From Octopus bimaculoides (lineage: Eukaryota), in assembly GCF_001194135.2 (NCBI RefSeq), contig NC_068982.1, positions 149,994,153 to 150,058,152 of the forward strand: a stretch of 64,000 nt of DNA, read 5' to 3'. The first letter of the stretch is position 1; each line of letters begins with the position of its first letter. Position numbers and translations under genes: made by a program. Shown piece after piece: positions 50,739-64,000 of this stretch. The notes below the pieces were generated by a model. That model saw only the letters and a program-made list of their open reading frames with translations. It was not told the origin of the DNA and made no database searches.

Positions 50739-51478
50739 CACACACACTTGTCACTTTTGCTATGAATTAAATTAATGAATTCAACGGGATACACCGTCTG
50801 CAAGTAGTTGGGTTCAGCATATTATCCTCCATTTTCTAATTGTTACACAAATTTTGGGTAAAACCTCCACTTTTACCCGCTCCCATTGATTGCACCTAGT
50901 ATAGCACTAGTGTAGCAATAATTGGGTACCCTCCCAGCAGTATACTGGATAGATACTATCCCTTAGTGGGTTGTACCCCCAACCCCTAACTCTCTCAGNN
51001 NNNNNNNNNNNNNNNNNNNNNNNNNNNNNNNNNNNNNNNNNNNNNNNNNNNNNNNNNNNNNNNNNNNNNNNNNNNNNNNNNNNNNNNNNNNNNNNNNNNN
51101 NNNNNNNNNNNNNNNNNNNNNNNNNNNNNNNNNNNNNNNNNNNNNNNNNNNNNNNNNNNNNNNNNNNNNNNNNNNNNNNNNNNNNNNNNNNNNNNNNNNN
51201 NNNNNNNNNNNNNNNNNNNNNNNNNNNNNNNNNNNNNNNNNNNNNNNNNNNNNNNNNNNNNNNNNNNNNNNNNNNNNNNNNNNNNNNNNNNNNNNNNNNN
51301 NNNNNNNNNNNNNNNNNNNNNNNNNNNNNNNNNNNNNNNNNNNNNNNNNNNNNNNNNNNNNNNNNNNNNNNNNNNNNNNNNNNNNNNNNNNNNNNNNNNN
51401 NNNNNNNNNNNNNNNNNNNNNNNNNNNNNNNNNNNNNNNNNNNNNNNNNNNNNNNNNNNNNNNNNNNNNNNNNNNNNN

Positions 51479-51512
<34 letters not shown>

Positions 51513-52026
51513 TACATAGGCATATACATATATATCTGCATACAAACATACATGCATATAAGCTTACATACTGGAATACTTATTTACGTACTCCTATACA
51601 TACGAACAGTCTTATATGCTTAGATAAGTACTCATGCTTGAACACAAGAACAAACAAGGTGAGTATAGAACTGAACACAATGTTACCATGACATAAACAA
51701 AAAGATAGATAGAGAGAGAGAGAGTAACATGCAATAACACAACTATATCAACAGACACAATATGATACACATCCACACATACACAAAGGAGGCACGCGCA
51801 TACACACATTTCAAATTCCTTCCGTCTGAAAATCTTTCCATAACCTTTACCGAACATTCTAGTTGAAGAACTTCTATAACAATCATTGCTTTCTCTCATC
51901 AGGACACATCACTATCATCACTGTACTTTCCTCTCTCACTATATGTGTGTGCGTGTGTGTGTGTTTGTGTTTGTGTGTGTGTGTGCATGCATGTATAGGT
52001 GTGTGTGCTTTGGTTTGTGTATATGT

Positions 52027-52067
<41 letters not shown>

Positions 52068-52504
52068 NNNNNNNNNNNNNNNNNNNNNNNNNNNNNNNNN
52101 NNNNNNNNNNNNNNNNNNNNNNNNNNNNNNNNNNNNNNNNNNNNNNNNNNNNNNNNNNNNNNNNNNNNNNNNNNNNNNNNNNNNNNNNNNNNNNNNNNNN
52201 NNNNNNNNNNNNNNNNNNNNNNNNNNNNNNNNNNNNNNNNNNNNNNNNNNNNNNNNNNNNNNNNNNNNNNNNNNNNNNNNNNNNNNNNNNNNNNNNNNNN
52301 NNNNNNNNNNNNNNNNNNNNNNNNNNNNNNNNNNNNNNNNNNNNNNNNNNNNNNNNNNNNNNNNNNNNNNNNNNNNNNNNNNNNNNNNNNNNNNNNNNNN
52401 NNNNNNNNNNNNNNNNNNNNNNNNNNNNNNNNNNNNNNNNNNNNNNNNNNNNNNNNNNNNNNNNNNNNNNNNNNNNNNNNNNNNNNNNNNNNNNNNNNNN
52501 NNNN

Positions 52505-52550
<46 letters not shown>

Positions 52551-52614
52551 TGCACGCACTCACATGTATGTATGTAAGTATGTATGTAAGTATGTATGTA
52601 TGTATGTATGTATG

Positions 52615-52680
52615 TATGTATTTATGTCATTATTGAGTTTTATTTCAAGATAGTTTGCCAATAGATTGTTGGATCTTACG
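52615..52680 (-). mobile_element. Short R4/Dong-family 3' tail
   Basis: Minus strand ctattggcaaactatcttgaaataaaactcaataatgac, matching the tails near 34010-34045 and 54055-54090. Confidence 0.6.
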
Positions 52681-53237
52681 TTATGGACGGTATTGGCTGA
52701 GTGCTGCGCAACCACAAGAGATGGTAAATTCTTCATAAATATAATGTTCACTCGTAGATCAATTAGAGAAAACTATTTATTTGAGTGTTAGATTCAGCAT
52801 ATTAACAATATATGCACTGAAACAATAACCACTACACGGAACATAAATCTACACCTGTACTGCCCAACAATTTCAATTGATATTTTAGCATGTAGGTATC
52901 TTTCAGCGTTCTATTTTATGCCATTATTTCGAGAAGAAGCTTGTCATTCTATCTGTGAACCGGAAACCGAAACTTATAACAAAGTTAGATGATGGTGCTT
53001 GAATGGCGAGAATTTGCGAAAACAATGATATTAAAACGCAAGGAGAAACTCAAATGTACTTTTGAATACATACAGAAATGCATACATGCACGCATAGATA
53101 CATGCATACATACATGCAAGCTTACAAATATGCATGCATGCATGCATACATGCATACATACGTACATACACGTATATATGAACACATGCATACATACATG
53201 GATACGTACATACATGCGCACATAATACATACATATA

Positions 53238-54110
53238 TGCATAATCGATGCAGACTTTGTGGAGTTCACACTAAAGATATCACCCACATCATAAGCAGTT
53301 GTCCGAAAATGTCATTACAGTATTATCTACCGATGAGACATGACGTTGTGGCCGGGACTTTCTGTAATGAAATCCGTCGGAAGGATAATCTCGAGGACAA
53401 AGAAATAAGAACCACAATATGGTAGAAGCCATAGCCATTCATAATAAAAAGGAATACTGGTGGAATGTCTCAGTGAAGACCTCAATAAAATGTAAGCACA
53501 ACAGACCTGATATAATGATTTGGGATAAAGTAGTGAAACTGTGCACAGTTGTGGAAATTAGCTGCTCAACGGATGCTAACATAAAACTGAAGATCAATGG
53601 AAAAGAGAACACCTATGCTGAACTATTGAGAAATCTGCAGCTACTCTATCCAGATTACAAGTTCAGGATTATACCTGTAATTATTTCGGGCCTGGGATAT
53701 GTAACACACTGCCTAAATACCAATCTTGAGAAATTAAGCTTCTTAAAACCAGAAAGGAGAAAGCTAATTCGAAGATTATAGATCCAATCCATCACTAGAA
53801 CTGTAAAAATCTGTAAAACTTTCCAGAAGTTTAGCATTTAAATATATATGAGCATGTCTAGATATGTAACTATATGCATAAGAATACATACATAAAACAA
53901 ACAAATCTGCACATACATACATACATACATACAAACATACATACATACATACATACATACATACATACATGCATACAAACAAAAATACCCTGTTGCTGAT
54001 GTTGAAATTCCAATGAAGGAACCTTGGATCTAGGTTAGAAACCGGTTCTTTCTCTGTTGGCAAGAAATGTTGAAATAAACTGAATAATAACATACATACA
54101 TACATACATA
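53238..54110 (+). mobile_element. R4/Dong-type LINE 3' portion: CCHC knuckle, REL endonuclease and 3' UTR
   Basis: CRLCGVHTKDITHIISSCP...RHD; HNRPDIMIWD...VEISCSTD...K..TY; ends KICKTFQKFSI*. Confidence 0.92.
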
Positions 54111-54489
54111 CATACATACATACACACACACATACATGCATACATGTATGGATCCATACGCACTTGCATACATACATGCTCTGACCCTGGATATAATCTG
54201 TAAAGATCTTTGTAAAATGCTAGCAAAATAAGACATATTGATTTGGAACTCTAGAACGGAGGAAAAGATAGTGTTCAAAATTGTGGTATACAGTTGCAGA
54301 ATGTAGTCCTTAAATATTAGTGGGGAATAAAGCATTTCTATCGAACTAATGAGAAATATGCGTATATTCCACCAAGGCTACAGCTTTAGATTTACATCTA
54401 TAATCATGTGGCGCTGAGATACGTAATTAATTGCCGCAGCACCAAGTTTGAAAAGACGGGCTTTACAAATTCAAAAAAGATATTGTTCA

Positions 54490-54580
54490 TTAGGATACTA
54501 CAGCTACAAGGCATTAAAGACACTGCGAAATTATACAAAACATTCCAGAAGTTTAGCATGTAATAAGTGCATATACACAT
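54490..54580 (+). mobile_element. Short R4/Dong ORF-end fragment
   Basis: IKDTAKLYKTFQKFSM* resembles TVKICKTFQKFSI*. Confidence 0.55.
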
Positions 54581-54778
54581 GTAGATAGATGCAAATAAAT
54601 GTTACAAATACGTGAGTCGAAACTTAAAATACCTTCCTTCTGAAAAATCTTCCCATAACCTTTGCCAAATATTTTCATTCAAGAACTTCTATGGTACATT
54701 AACCATCACTTTTTCTCGTCTGACCATCACTATTATTTTCTCTGCATCTCTTCATCTTTTTATCTCTTTCCTACTCTC

Positions 54779-54819
<41 letters not shown>

Positions 54820-54995
54820 GAGAATGTACGAAAAAACAACAGACGAGGACAGGTGGTGTAAATAACAAAAGGATGTATTAATATGACGCTCAGGAATACG
54901 GAAAGTCTTTGACGTTTCGAGCTACGCTCTTCAACAGAAAGAATACGGAGACAAGGAGAAAAACACGGAGAAAAAAAATTGAATAGTGTTCAGTC
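54820..54995 (-). mobile_element. PLE-type terminal unit family P1 with hammerhead-like motif at 54907-54941
   Basis: Minus strand cttt-CTGTTGA-a-gagc-gta-gctc-GAA-acgt-c-aaag; body matches 12520-12665. Confidence 0.78.
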
Positions 54996-55145
54996 AACGG
55001 TCAAATATAAGAGAAAATGCACATTGGAAATCAAAAAAGGTAACGGTTCTTTATGAAAAATAACGATAGATATATACATTTAGATGAACTGAGGTAGGAA
55101 TAAAATTAATAAAAGTCATTATTGTGAGTTATTATAGAGATTTAC

Positions 55146-55182
55146 AAGCATACCGGTTTCGTGATATTACTAGTCATTGCTT
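55146..55182 (-). ncRNA. Hammerhead remnant with CUG of the core missing
   Basis: AAGCA-ATGA-...-C-GAA-ACCGGT-A-TGCTT. Confidence 0.45.
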
Positions 55183-55209
55183 TGAGTATACACCGAATTC
55201 TGAACGGTG

Positions 55210-55267
<58 letters not shown>

Positions 55268-55305
55268 NNNNNNNNNNNNNNNNNNNNNNNNNNNNNNNNN
55301 NNNNN

Positions 55306-55361
<56 letters not shown>

Positions 55362-55738
55362 ATACACACACATTTTATTAGAGCTGCAAAATTATTACAA
55401 AGCTGTTACTCAGAGTTTCACGTTCCCGTTCGTCGAACAGTTGTAGCACTTTGTTTTGCACTTATATACTCACCTGTGTGTATGTACATTATATATATAT
55501 ATATATNNNNNNNNNNNNNNNNNNNNNNNNNNNNNNNNNNNNNNNNNNNNNNNNNNNNNNNNNNNNNNNNNNNNNNNNNNNNNNNNNNNNNNNNNNNNNN
55601 NNNNNNNNNNNNNNNNNNNNNNNNNNNNNNNNNNNNNNNNNNNNNNNNNNNNNNNNNNNNNNNNNNNNNNNNNNNNNNNNNNNNNNNNNNNNNNNNNNNN
55701 NNNNNNNNNNNNNNNNNNNNNNNNNNNNNNNNNNNNNN

Positions 55739-55782
<44 letters not shown>

Positions 55783-56134
55783 CTTACAGCAAATATCTAC
55801 TATATGTAAGTAAATATTTCTTAAATACTTCGAGAATGTATTTTCGAGCAAAGTCTACAAAACTGAAATTCTGCGATTTAAATTTTATATCTGAAACTGG
55901 TCATTTTTGTTGCAGAGAATTCTACTTCCTGGTAACTTTTGCTGTAAATAAGGCATTTCTAATTTGTTTTCAACATCGCGCGTTTTTTTTACCGCATGTC
56001 AGTATTTAGCGTTAAACGAATCTTCTTTGTAGTCCCTCTGATGAAGTGTATACACGTATTTTGTTTTGGTTTTTATTTTCATTTTGCTTAGTTCTTTTTA
56101 CATATATACATATATATATCCTACAAGTTGAAGG

Positions 56135-56290
56135 TGCAAAACTTGGAGGTTAGGGTGTTGCATGCAAGATCGTGGTTTTGAATCTCGGACCAGGGGATGT
56201 ATGTGCTATGTTCATGAATAAAACACTTCATTTCATGTTGCTCCATTCCCCTCTGCTGTAAATAAATAACCCTACAACGGACCGACTCCC
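56135..56290 (+). mobile_element. CORE-type SINE (family B-like) 5' part, diverged
   Basis: ggttttgaatctcggacc...tgaataaaacacttcatttcatgttgctccattcccctctgctgtaaat. Confidence 0.55.
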
Positions 56291-56689
56291 GATCAGGCAA
56301 AATGTTATCTCCGTCACGTATACGTTATGGCAGCGGAGTAACAGACTGTATGAGTCCTGGGACTTGGGATAGCAATTACTTTACTATATCTCACAAAAAC
56401 AGTTAAGTCGAGAGTATAAACTATATAAGAATATTATTTTAATTAATTTTTTAGCGTGTTTTAATTTAATTTATATATACGTGTTAGTGTGTGTGTGTGT
56501 GTTAACGTGTGTGAATGTAATATTTACTCACTTATCAATCTATTTATTCACATACCTATCTATCAATCAATCTTTTTATCTTTATATTTGCCTATAAATC
56601 TATCTATGTATCAATTAACTTTTTATCTTTCAGTCCGAAGAGAAGGCAGTTCCCATAACCCTATTGCAGGGAGGAAAGAGAGAAAGGTA

Positions 56690-57005
56690 TCTTTAAACCA
56701 AGAGACCTGACCCGAGTGCTTCCAAACAGAGTGGACTCTACTAAAGATACTCGGGGCACTACGTTGTGGTGTCAGACAGGACGATGGTTTAAGTTTGCCA
56801 CCCAAGTAGGCCATGGTGGAATTTGAGCTCAGGGCACAGAGAACCGGAACAAGTATCGCAAGGCATTTGGTCGGACACTGTTACAGTTCTACAAATCCAC
56901 TGAGAACAGTACTTCTTTATATCAACCTGGAAAGGATGAAAGGCAAAATTGACTCCGGCGGGATTTGAGCCCGGAACACAGACAGTCACGTGGCATTAAC
57001 GATTC
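56690..57005 (-). mobile_element. Two adjacent tRNA-derived SINE pieces with family C-type heads
   Basis: ggaaaggatgaaaggcaaaattgactccggcgggatttgagcc near 56930-56975 and ggtggaatttgagctcagggcacaga near 56815-56840. Confidence 0.6.
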
Positions 57006-57381
57006 TTCTAATTCTCTTATTTGCTTCAGTTTATTGATTTGCGCTCATTCTGGAGCAATACACAGACACACATACACATACTCATAAACACACATACACC
57101 CTGAAATGCAGACGAGCGCGCGCGTGTGCGTGTGAGTGTGCGTCTGTGTATGTGTGTGCTCGCTCTCGCACTGGCATACAAGCGTGTGTGTATATATTTA
57201 GTATGCAACACGGGTGCGTGTATTTATAACTCTATATTTTCCAAGTTCTCTTCGAAGCTCACGATTTTCTTTACATAAACTCTCCTATCTTATCAGCTTC
57301 TAACACTACGACTACTACTATTGCTCCATCAGCGGCACCAACAACAACAACGTCAATTCCACCACAACTACTACTACCTAC

Positions 57382-57434
<53 letters not shown>

Positions 57435-57445
57435 ATAGCAGCAGC

Positions 57446-57491
<46 letters not shown>

Positions 57492-57704
57492 CTGTTGCTG
57501 TTGTTTCAGCTACCATGCCACCGTCTGCGATAACGGAACCCCCAGCCCCACGCAACCCACCGACGCTAAGGACGCCGTCGTTGCTGTGGTCATTTCTCTG
57601 ACAACCACCATCATCGTCATCGTCATCTTCAACACCATCATCACTATCCTCATCATCGTCATCATCACCATCATAATCATTGTCACCGTAGTCATCGTCG
57701 TCGT

Positions 57705-57739
<35 letters not shown>

Positions 57740-57939
57740 TCATCATCATCATCATCATCACCGCCATCTTTGTCACCATTGTTGTCGTCGTTATCAGTCC
57801 TTGCTTGTCATCGTTGTTCGTCATCGTCATCTTCGAGAATTGGGTATCGAAAGTGTGTGACTAATGCTACCAAGACGAGTGGACAGCGAAAGATAGAGAG
57901 ACTGAAAAAGAGAAAGAAAAGCGGATGAAAAAAAAAGCA

Positions 57940-57976
<37 letters not shown>

Positions 57977-58182
57977 GAGAAAGTATATTAAATTAAAAGA
58001 GAGAGAGAGAGAGAGTAAAAGAGCGAATGAGGAGGAAACTGAGAAAGCGAAGGTGAAACTTCACTTCGTCAGACGGCGTACAAGCAACAACTCGAGTGTT
58101 TCGCCGCGCACCTGTCTGTGTATGTATGGGTGTGTAGAGGTTTATTGACAAAAAATAAAAATGAAAAATTATACATACAGAC

Positions 58183-58214
<32 letters not shown>

Positions 58215-58483
58215 CTCCATGCATACATACTATAAAAGTTCCATAATAACTTAGATATCATTGAATAAAAATGCAAAAACCTACACATATATTTACATAT
58301 ACCTATATAAACACACATCCATACACATATATAAATATTCAATAACTAAATAAATACATAGATATGCGTGCATATATATGTGTATGTATGTGTGTGTGTA
58401 TATATATATATATATCTATATATAATACAAATAATATGAGTATATGCATATATACGTACATGTATGTACATAGATAGACAAAC

Positions 58484-58530
<47 letters not shown>

Positions 58531-58585
58531 CAGATAGACAGACAGACAAACAGACAGACAGATACATACATACAACATACATACA

Positions 58586-58618
<33 letters not shown>

Positions 58619-59015
58619 GTACACACACATGTGCACATACATACCTAGAATATACACATGGAAGCATACAGAGTTAAAGAGTAATCGCACATTGTCATAC
58701 ACTAAACAAGAAATGTACATCTATTACATGATTACCAAGATATTCACATATACATATGTGAGGTAAAAACATTAACCCTAATTAATCGCAAATCCTTGGA
58801 ACGGTGTTGACACAATCAAAACACAAGGAACCTCGTCACTTTGTAACCGGCGGGAATTCCATGAAGAACTTTGGAGAAAATCGTACAAACGCATATATAC
58901 AATACGTAAATACCCGCATACACGCATAAATGCGCGCACACACATACACACATCAGCGCACAAACACACATGCGAACAAAAGCACACGAACACCATATCG
59001 CTTATACATACGTCT

Positions 59016-59073
<58 letters not shown>

Positions 59074-59191
59074 CCGTAAGCTTTTCTTGAATCAACGCTT
59101 CGTAGGATATTTTTCGAATTCTATATAAAATATATTAACGTTTATAGAAAAGTATAGATTTACACACATACATACATATATACATATATAC

Positions 59192-59230
<39 letters not shown>

Positions 59231-59399
59231 CATATATATATGTATATGGGTAAATACATACAGATACTTAATACCTAAACATTCATTTACACTCACACAC
59301 ACACACACACACACACACACCTCATTCACTTACTCATTCACTCACTCCTTCACTCCCTCGTTCACTCGCTCACTCATAACGTATCTACATGACTATATA

Positions 59400-59690
59400 G
59401 GTATCTGTACCTGCCTGTTGTCGTAACAAGTAGAATGTACATCGAGCCACAGAGTTACTCTGTTTAATAGCTACGATGTTGGAGCTGGTTCCGTGTTATG
59501 GGAGACACGTTTTACAGTGAACAAAATATCGTCGGCTCAGCAATATACAACATTTCTACTCGTCTTATTGGCCATGATTTGCACATACAGGCCAGCACTG
59601 TTGGTTCTCATTATTATCGGTGAGTTATTCCGTTTATTTCTTTCAAATAAGTTTTTCAGACTTCTTGCTGTAGTCTTTAACCATTAGCTA
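59400..59690 (-). mobile_element. Probable PLE GIY-YIG relic
   Basis: RSLKNLF...TSRNVVYC and SVAR, resembling NVVY.I.C and VARHF. Confidence 0.4.
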
Positions 59691-59800
59691 TCATAATTCA
59701 CATTATATAAAATCTTCCCACAAACACACACACGCACACGCATACATACATACATATATACACATATATATATATATATATACATACATACATATACACT

Positions 59801-59856
<56 letters not shown>

Positions 59857-60071
59857 CATATATAAGCATATGTATCTATATATATGCATCTATAATATAA
59901 AATTTTCGTATATATAATACTTGTACCACGTCCTCGCGTTATTGTTTTTCTTGTTTGTTCTTCTTTGTTTGGATTCACTATACATACATATACTTATATA
60001 TATACACACACATATATATATATATATGTATATTTATACATACATATATATATGTAAATCTATACGTACAT

Positions 60072-60115
<44 letters not shown>

Positions 60116-60686
60116 GTATCTATAAATGTATATATAAAATGAAAGTAGTCATAAGCATCGTATATATTTATTTTGTGTATTTCATAGATTTTTCTCAAAC
60201 ATTTAAACATGAAGAAATCATTTATATTATTCGTGGTTTAAAAACTACTTTAACAATTTCCTTATAAAATCAAGATTCGGACGTGTCTTAAGAAACATAC
60301 CTAAGAGCGTCCATTGTATTCTAATGTATATTCCAGGTTCGGAAAACCTGCGAAGATCCTGGGGCAGAAGCCTTCGTCAATACCAAAACTTAAAAGAACT
60401 ACTATTAGTGGGGGAAGGGGAATACGGTATTCCAGTAATCTTCCAGTTTCTTCAGATTCTTTGTGTTACTTGAAAATTCTTATTTTCTTTACATGGGACT
60501 AACTAATATGCAGAAATATTTTTTAATCCATATTTTCCGTGTATGGATTTCGTACATATATACATACATACAAGCAAACATATATATATATCCTTCCTTC
60601 TTTGGGCCCTCAACTCCTGGTGGAGTCGTAGGGACGCCGCTGTGACGCGTTTTACCTTCCCTGTTACCTGAACACAGCCGATTCCT

Positions 60687-60725
<39 letters not shown>

Positions 60726-60794
60726 TACTGGGTGAGTGACCGAAAGAGAGATGGAAAAACAGAGAGATACGATGGAGGGAAAGGTAAAGTGAGA

Positions 60795-60922
60795 AAGAGA
60801 ATCGGTCAACCCCGAAAGAATGAAATGCAGAGTTGACTTCGACGCAATTTGAACCCTGAACCCCAGAGTGAATACCACAATGCGTCCTACCCGAGACGCT
60901 AACAACTCTGCCACATAGCCGA
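60795..60922 (-). mobile_element. tRNA-derived SINE family C head and core
   Basis: tcaaccccgaaagaatgaaatgcagagttgacttcgacgcaatttgaacc...gctaacaactctgcca. Confidence 0.7.
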
Positions 60923-61137
60923 TTAAATATACACACGTATACATATACGTGCTTACATACATACACACATACACACATACATACATACATACATACATAC
61001 ATACATACATACATACATACATACATACATGCATGTAAGTCACGCATCAGTCGGCGCGTTAGCAAATATTTTGCGGTACTGGTTTCGCCGCTTCGCGATC
61101 GAACTGCGTTTGTCAACTTTGTCAAAACACACATCTA

Positions 61138-61213
<76 letters not shown>

Positions 61214-62069
61214 NNNNNNNNNNNNNNNNNNNNNNNNNNNNNNNNNNNNNNNNNNNNNNNNNNNNNNNNNNNNNNNNNNNNNNNNNNNNNNNNNNNNNNN
61301 NNNNNNNNNNNNNNNNNNNNNNNNNNNNNNNNNNNNNNNNNNNNNNNNNNNNNNNNNNNNNNNNNNNCAGACAGACAGGCAGACAGACAGACAGGCAGAC
61401 AGACAGACAGGCAGACAGACAGAGAGAGAGTGAGAGAGAGTGAGAGAGAGTGTGTGTGTGTGTGTGTGTGTTTTCATGCAAAAAGCGAATTGCTGAATAT
61501 ATATCCGTATTACGAGCGTGTATAATGTTTTGTAATTGCATGATGGTGAAACGGATCATTCTTATAGTTTTCGTATACTTGGCGTTAGTCATATATATAT
61601 TTGTATGTGTGTGTGTGTAAGCGTGTGCATACACATAAATATATTGTATATATATATATACAAACACACAGGCACACACGCACGCATATGTACACCTACT
61701 TATACATATATATCCACACAGGCACACACGCATACACACTAAGATACAGATATAACAGATGTGCTATCTGTTATGTTTATGTTGGTAAACTGGATTAATA
61801 ACTCATACCTAAAGGTTTCGTGCGGTTCATGTTAGTCAGCCGACAGGTCGGTGAGTCGGGAATAATCCTGAAATTATTTCAGACTCCGTGACATGTACAG
61901 TTGATTATGGTCAACCGAACGAGACGTTTAGCTATGAAATAATAATCCATTATCTGGATTAGAAACATGCAAATACATATACGAGTATATATGTGTGTTT
62001 GTCTGTGAGATTATGTGTGTGTGTATGTTTGTGTGTGTTTATGAATGCAGCCGTGGCAGTGTTCTATTT

Positions 62070-62428
62070 TTTGTTTTTTTACTTTTTACTTGTTTTAGTC
62101 ATTTGACTACAGCCATGCTGGAGCACCACCTTGAACAGTTTTTAATCAAACAAATCAAGTGCTTTTTTAAGTCTAGTACTTATTCTATCGGTCTCTTTTG
62201 CAGAACCGCTAAATTAGGACGGGGGTGGGAATATAAAAAGCGCGTCAATACCGGTTGTCTATCCGGGAGTGGGGGGAGACAGACATAAACACACACACAT
62301 ACACACATATGTTTCCGTCATACCGAAACTATAGTAAAAGGCACTCGCCCAAGGTTTCACGCAGTGGGACCGAACCTGAGACCATCTGATTGAAAAACAA
62401 ATTTCTTACCAAACAGCCACGCCAGCAC
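62070..62428 (-). mobile_element. CORE-type SINE family A, diverged, with internal deletion
   Basis: tagtcatttgactacagccatgctggagcaccacc...cactcgcccaaggtttcacgcagtgggaccgaacc. Confidence 0.8.
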
Positions 62429-62439
62429 TTATTTAAGAA

Positions 62440-62750
62440 GTTCGCTTAGTAATCATGAGATCACTGGTTCTATTTAATCGTAAGGCATCTTGGACAAGAA
62501 TCGAATTTAAAGTAAAAGAAAATTAAATTTGGTAGAGAGAAAGCATGGAAACCCGACGAAAGACGGCACCTGGAATTCAAAGGGTCGACCCTGTCACAGA
62601 CTCTGTCACGCTAATTTTGCAGGAGAATTACATTTACATTAAAGGTACACGTGTTCTGTGAAATATACAGCCATTTACAGTATAGTTCAATGAGTCAGTT
62701 GACAATCGAATAAGTGAAACATTCACCGTCGAAACCGACGAAGGATCCAT
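62440..62750 (+). mobile_element. CORE-type SINE family B, diverged
   Basis: ggcatcttggacaag core; tail ctgtcacgct...aggtacacgtg, matching 37200-37380 in reverse. Confidence 0.55.
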
Positions 62751-63028
62751 TTACTTTTTACGTGCATTAACACATAGATGTTTAACACTCACTCCTTTTC
62801 TCGCTTTCTCTTTCTCTCTCCCTCTCTATCCCTCGCTTTCAGCATAGACACACACACAAACACACACACACACACATACACACACACACACACACACACA
62901 TGAGCACACACACATATGCAGAAATATGCGTATGTATACGCACATACATACATATGTATGTATGTACGTATGTATGTATGTATTTATAGTGTATGTATGT
63001 ATGTGTTATTAATTCTTTTCTAATGTTT

Positions 63029-63108
63029 GTCTTCTGCCGTCTTCCTGTCTTCATTCTTACCTTTTTCGTCTTCTGCCGTCTTCCTGTCTTCATTCTTACC
63101 TTTTTCGT
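63029..63108 (+). repeat. Perfect 39-bp tandem duplication
   Basis: gtcttctgccgtcttcctgtcttcattcttacctttttc occurs twice. Confidence 0.95.
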
Positions 63109-63247
63109 TCTTTCTCTCTATGTAAATCGCAGACTCACACGTTCTCACTATCTCTGTCTCTCTCTCTCGTTATCTCCCTCTCTCTCACTCTCTATCTCCA
63201 TCTCTATTTATCTCTATCTATTTATCTGTCTATCTATCTCTGTCTAT

Positions 63248-63291
<44 letters not shown>

Positions 63292-63785
63292 TTGCCAATC
63301 TTTCTTCTCAGTACTTTTAATATCTTCTTTTCACTAATTTCATTTCGCTTATATTTTGTCTGTAAATCTGTTAACTGTTTATCTCATTCACAAACCACCC
63401 ACAAATTTATGAAAATGTGCCAGCATGTATGTATGTATGTATGTATGTATGTATGTATGTATGTATGTATGTGTGTATACATGCATACAGGTAGGTAGGT
63501 AGGTAGGTAGGTAGGTAGGTAGGTAGGTAGGTAGGTAGGTAGGTATATATGTTTCTATGCATGTAGGTATGTATTTGTGTTTGTATGCGTGTACGTATCT
63601 ACACATCTCTCTACACATCTATCCCTTTAGACACATGCAAACAGATATGTATGCATGGGTGTATGTATTTGCATAAACTATAGGTGATATCTATTTCGTA
63701 ATGTACATTCATCTCTCCATCTCATTCATTCAATCTATCCTTTCCTTTGTCTCTCTCTCCCTATCTACCCCACTCTTTCTCTCTC

Positions 63786-63835
<50 letters not shown>

Positions 63836-64000
63836 TCACACACACATACACTCACACACAAAGAATATATACATATGTGTGTGTGTGTGTGTGTGTGTGC
63901 GTGTGTGTTTGTGGGGGACGAGAGTGAATGTGCGTATGTGAGAGAGAGAGAGTGAGAGAAAGTGTGTGTATGAGAGAGAGAGAAAGTGAGTGAGAGTGTG

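Noticed and set aside
61830-61895. Cluster of small hairpins (ccgac/gtcgg, gagtc/gactc, gaaat/atttc)
   Set aside because: Short stems expected by chance; no known RNA motif.

Overview
AT-rich eukaryotic genomic DNA with 17 N-gaps and very dense simple repeats. The SINE families and repeat style resemble an octopus (coleoid cephalopod) draft assembly; this is an inference. No host protein-coding exon, tRNA, rRNA or CRISPR array can be supported, and almost all listed ORFs are microsatellite or gap translations or transposon debris. The window consists mostly of decayed mobile elements: R4/Dong-type LINEs (restriction-like endonuclease), RTE-clade LINEs, Tx1/L1-clade LINEs, Penelope-like element (PLE) fragments, two CORE-type SINE families, a third tRNA-derived SINE family, Tc1/mariner relics, a hAT MITE and a foldback element. 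Highlights: (i) type-I hammerhead ribozyme motifs in PLE-type ends, one near-intact (44965-45026, minus) and a family with a shared catalytic-core substitution; (ii) a Tx1 LINE with a twin-priming-like 5' inversion and a 48-bp foldback palindrome at the junction; (iii) a foldback element whose symmetry spans an assembly gap; (iv) a possible hammerhead skeleton in an R4/Dong 3' UTR. Boundaries of decayed elements are approximate, and all translations and folds were done by eye.
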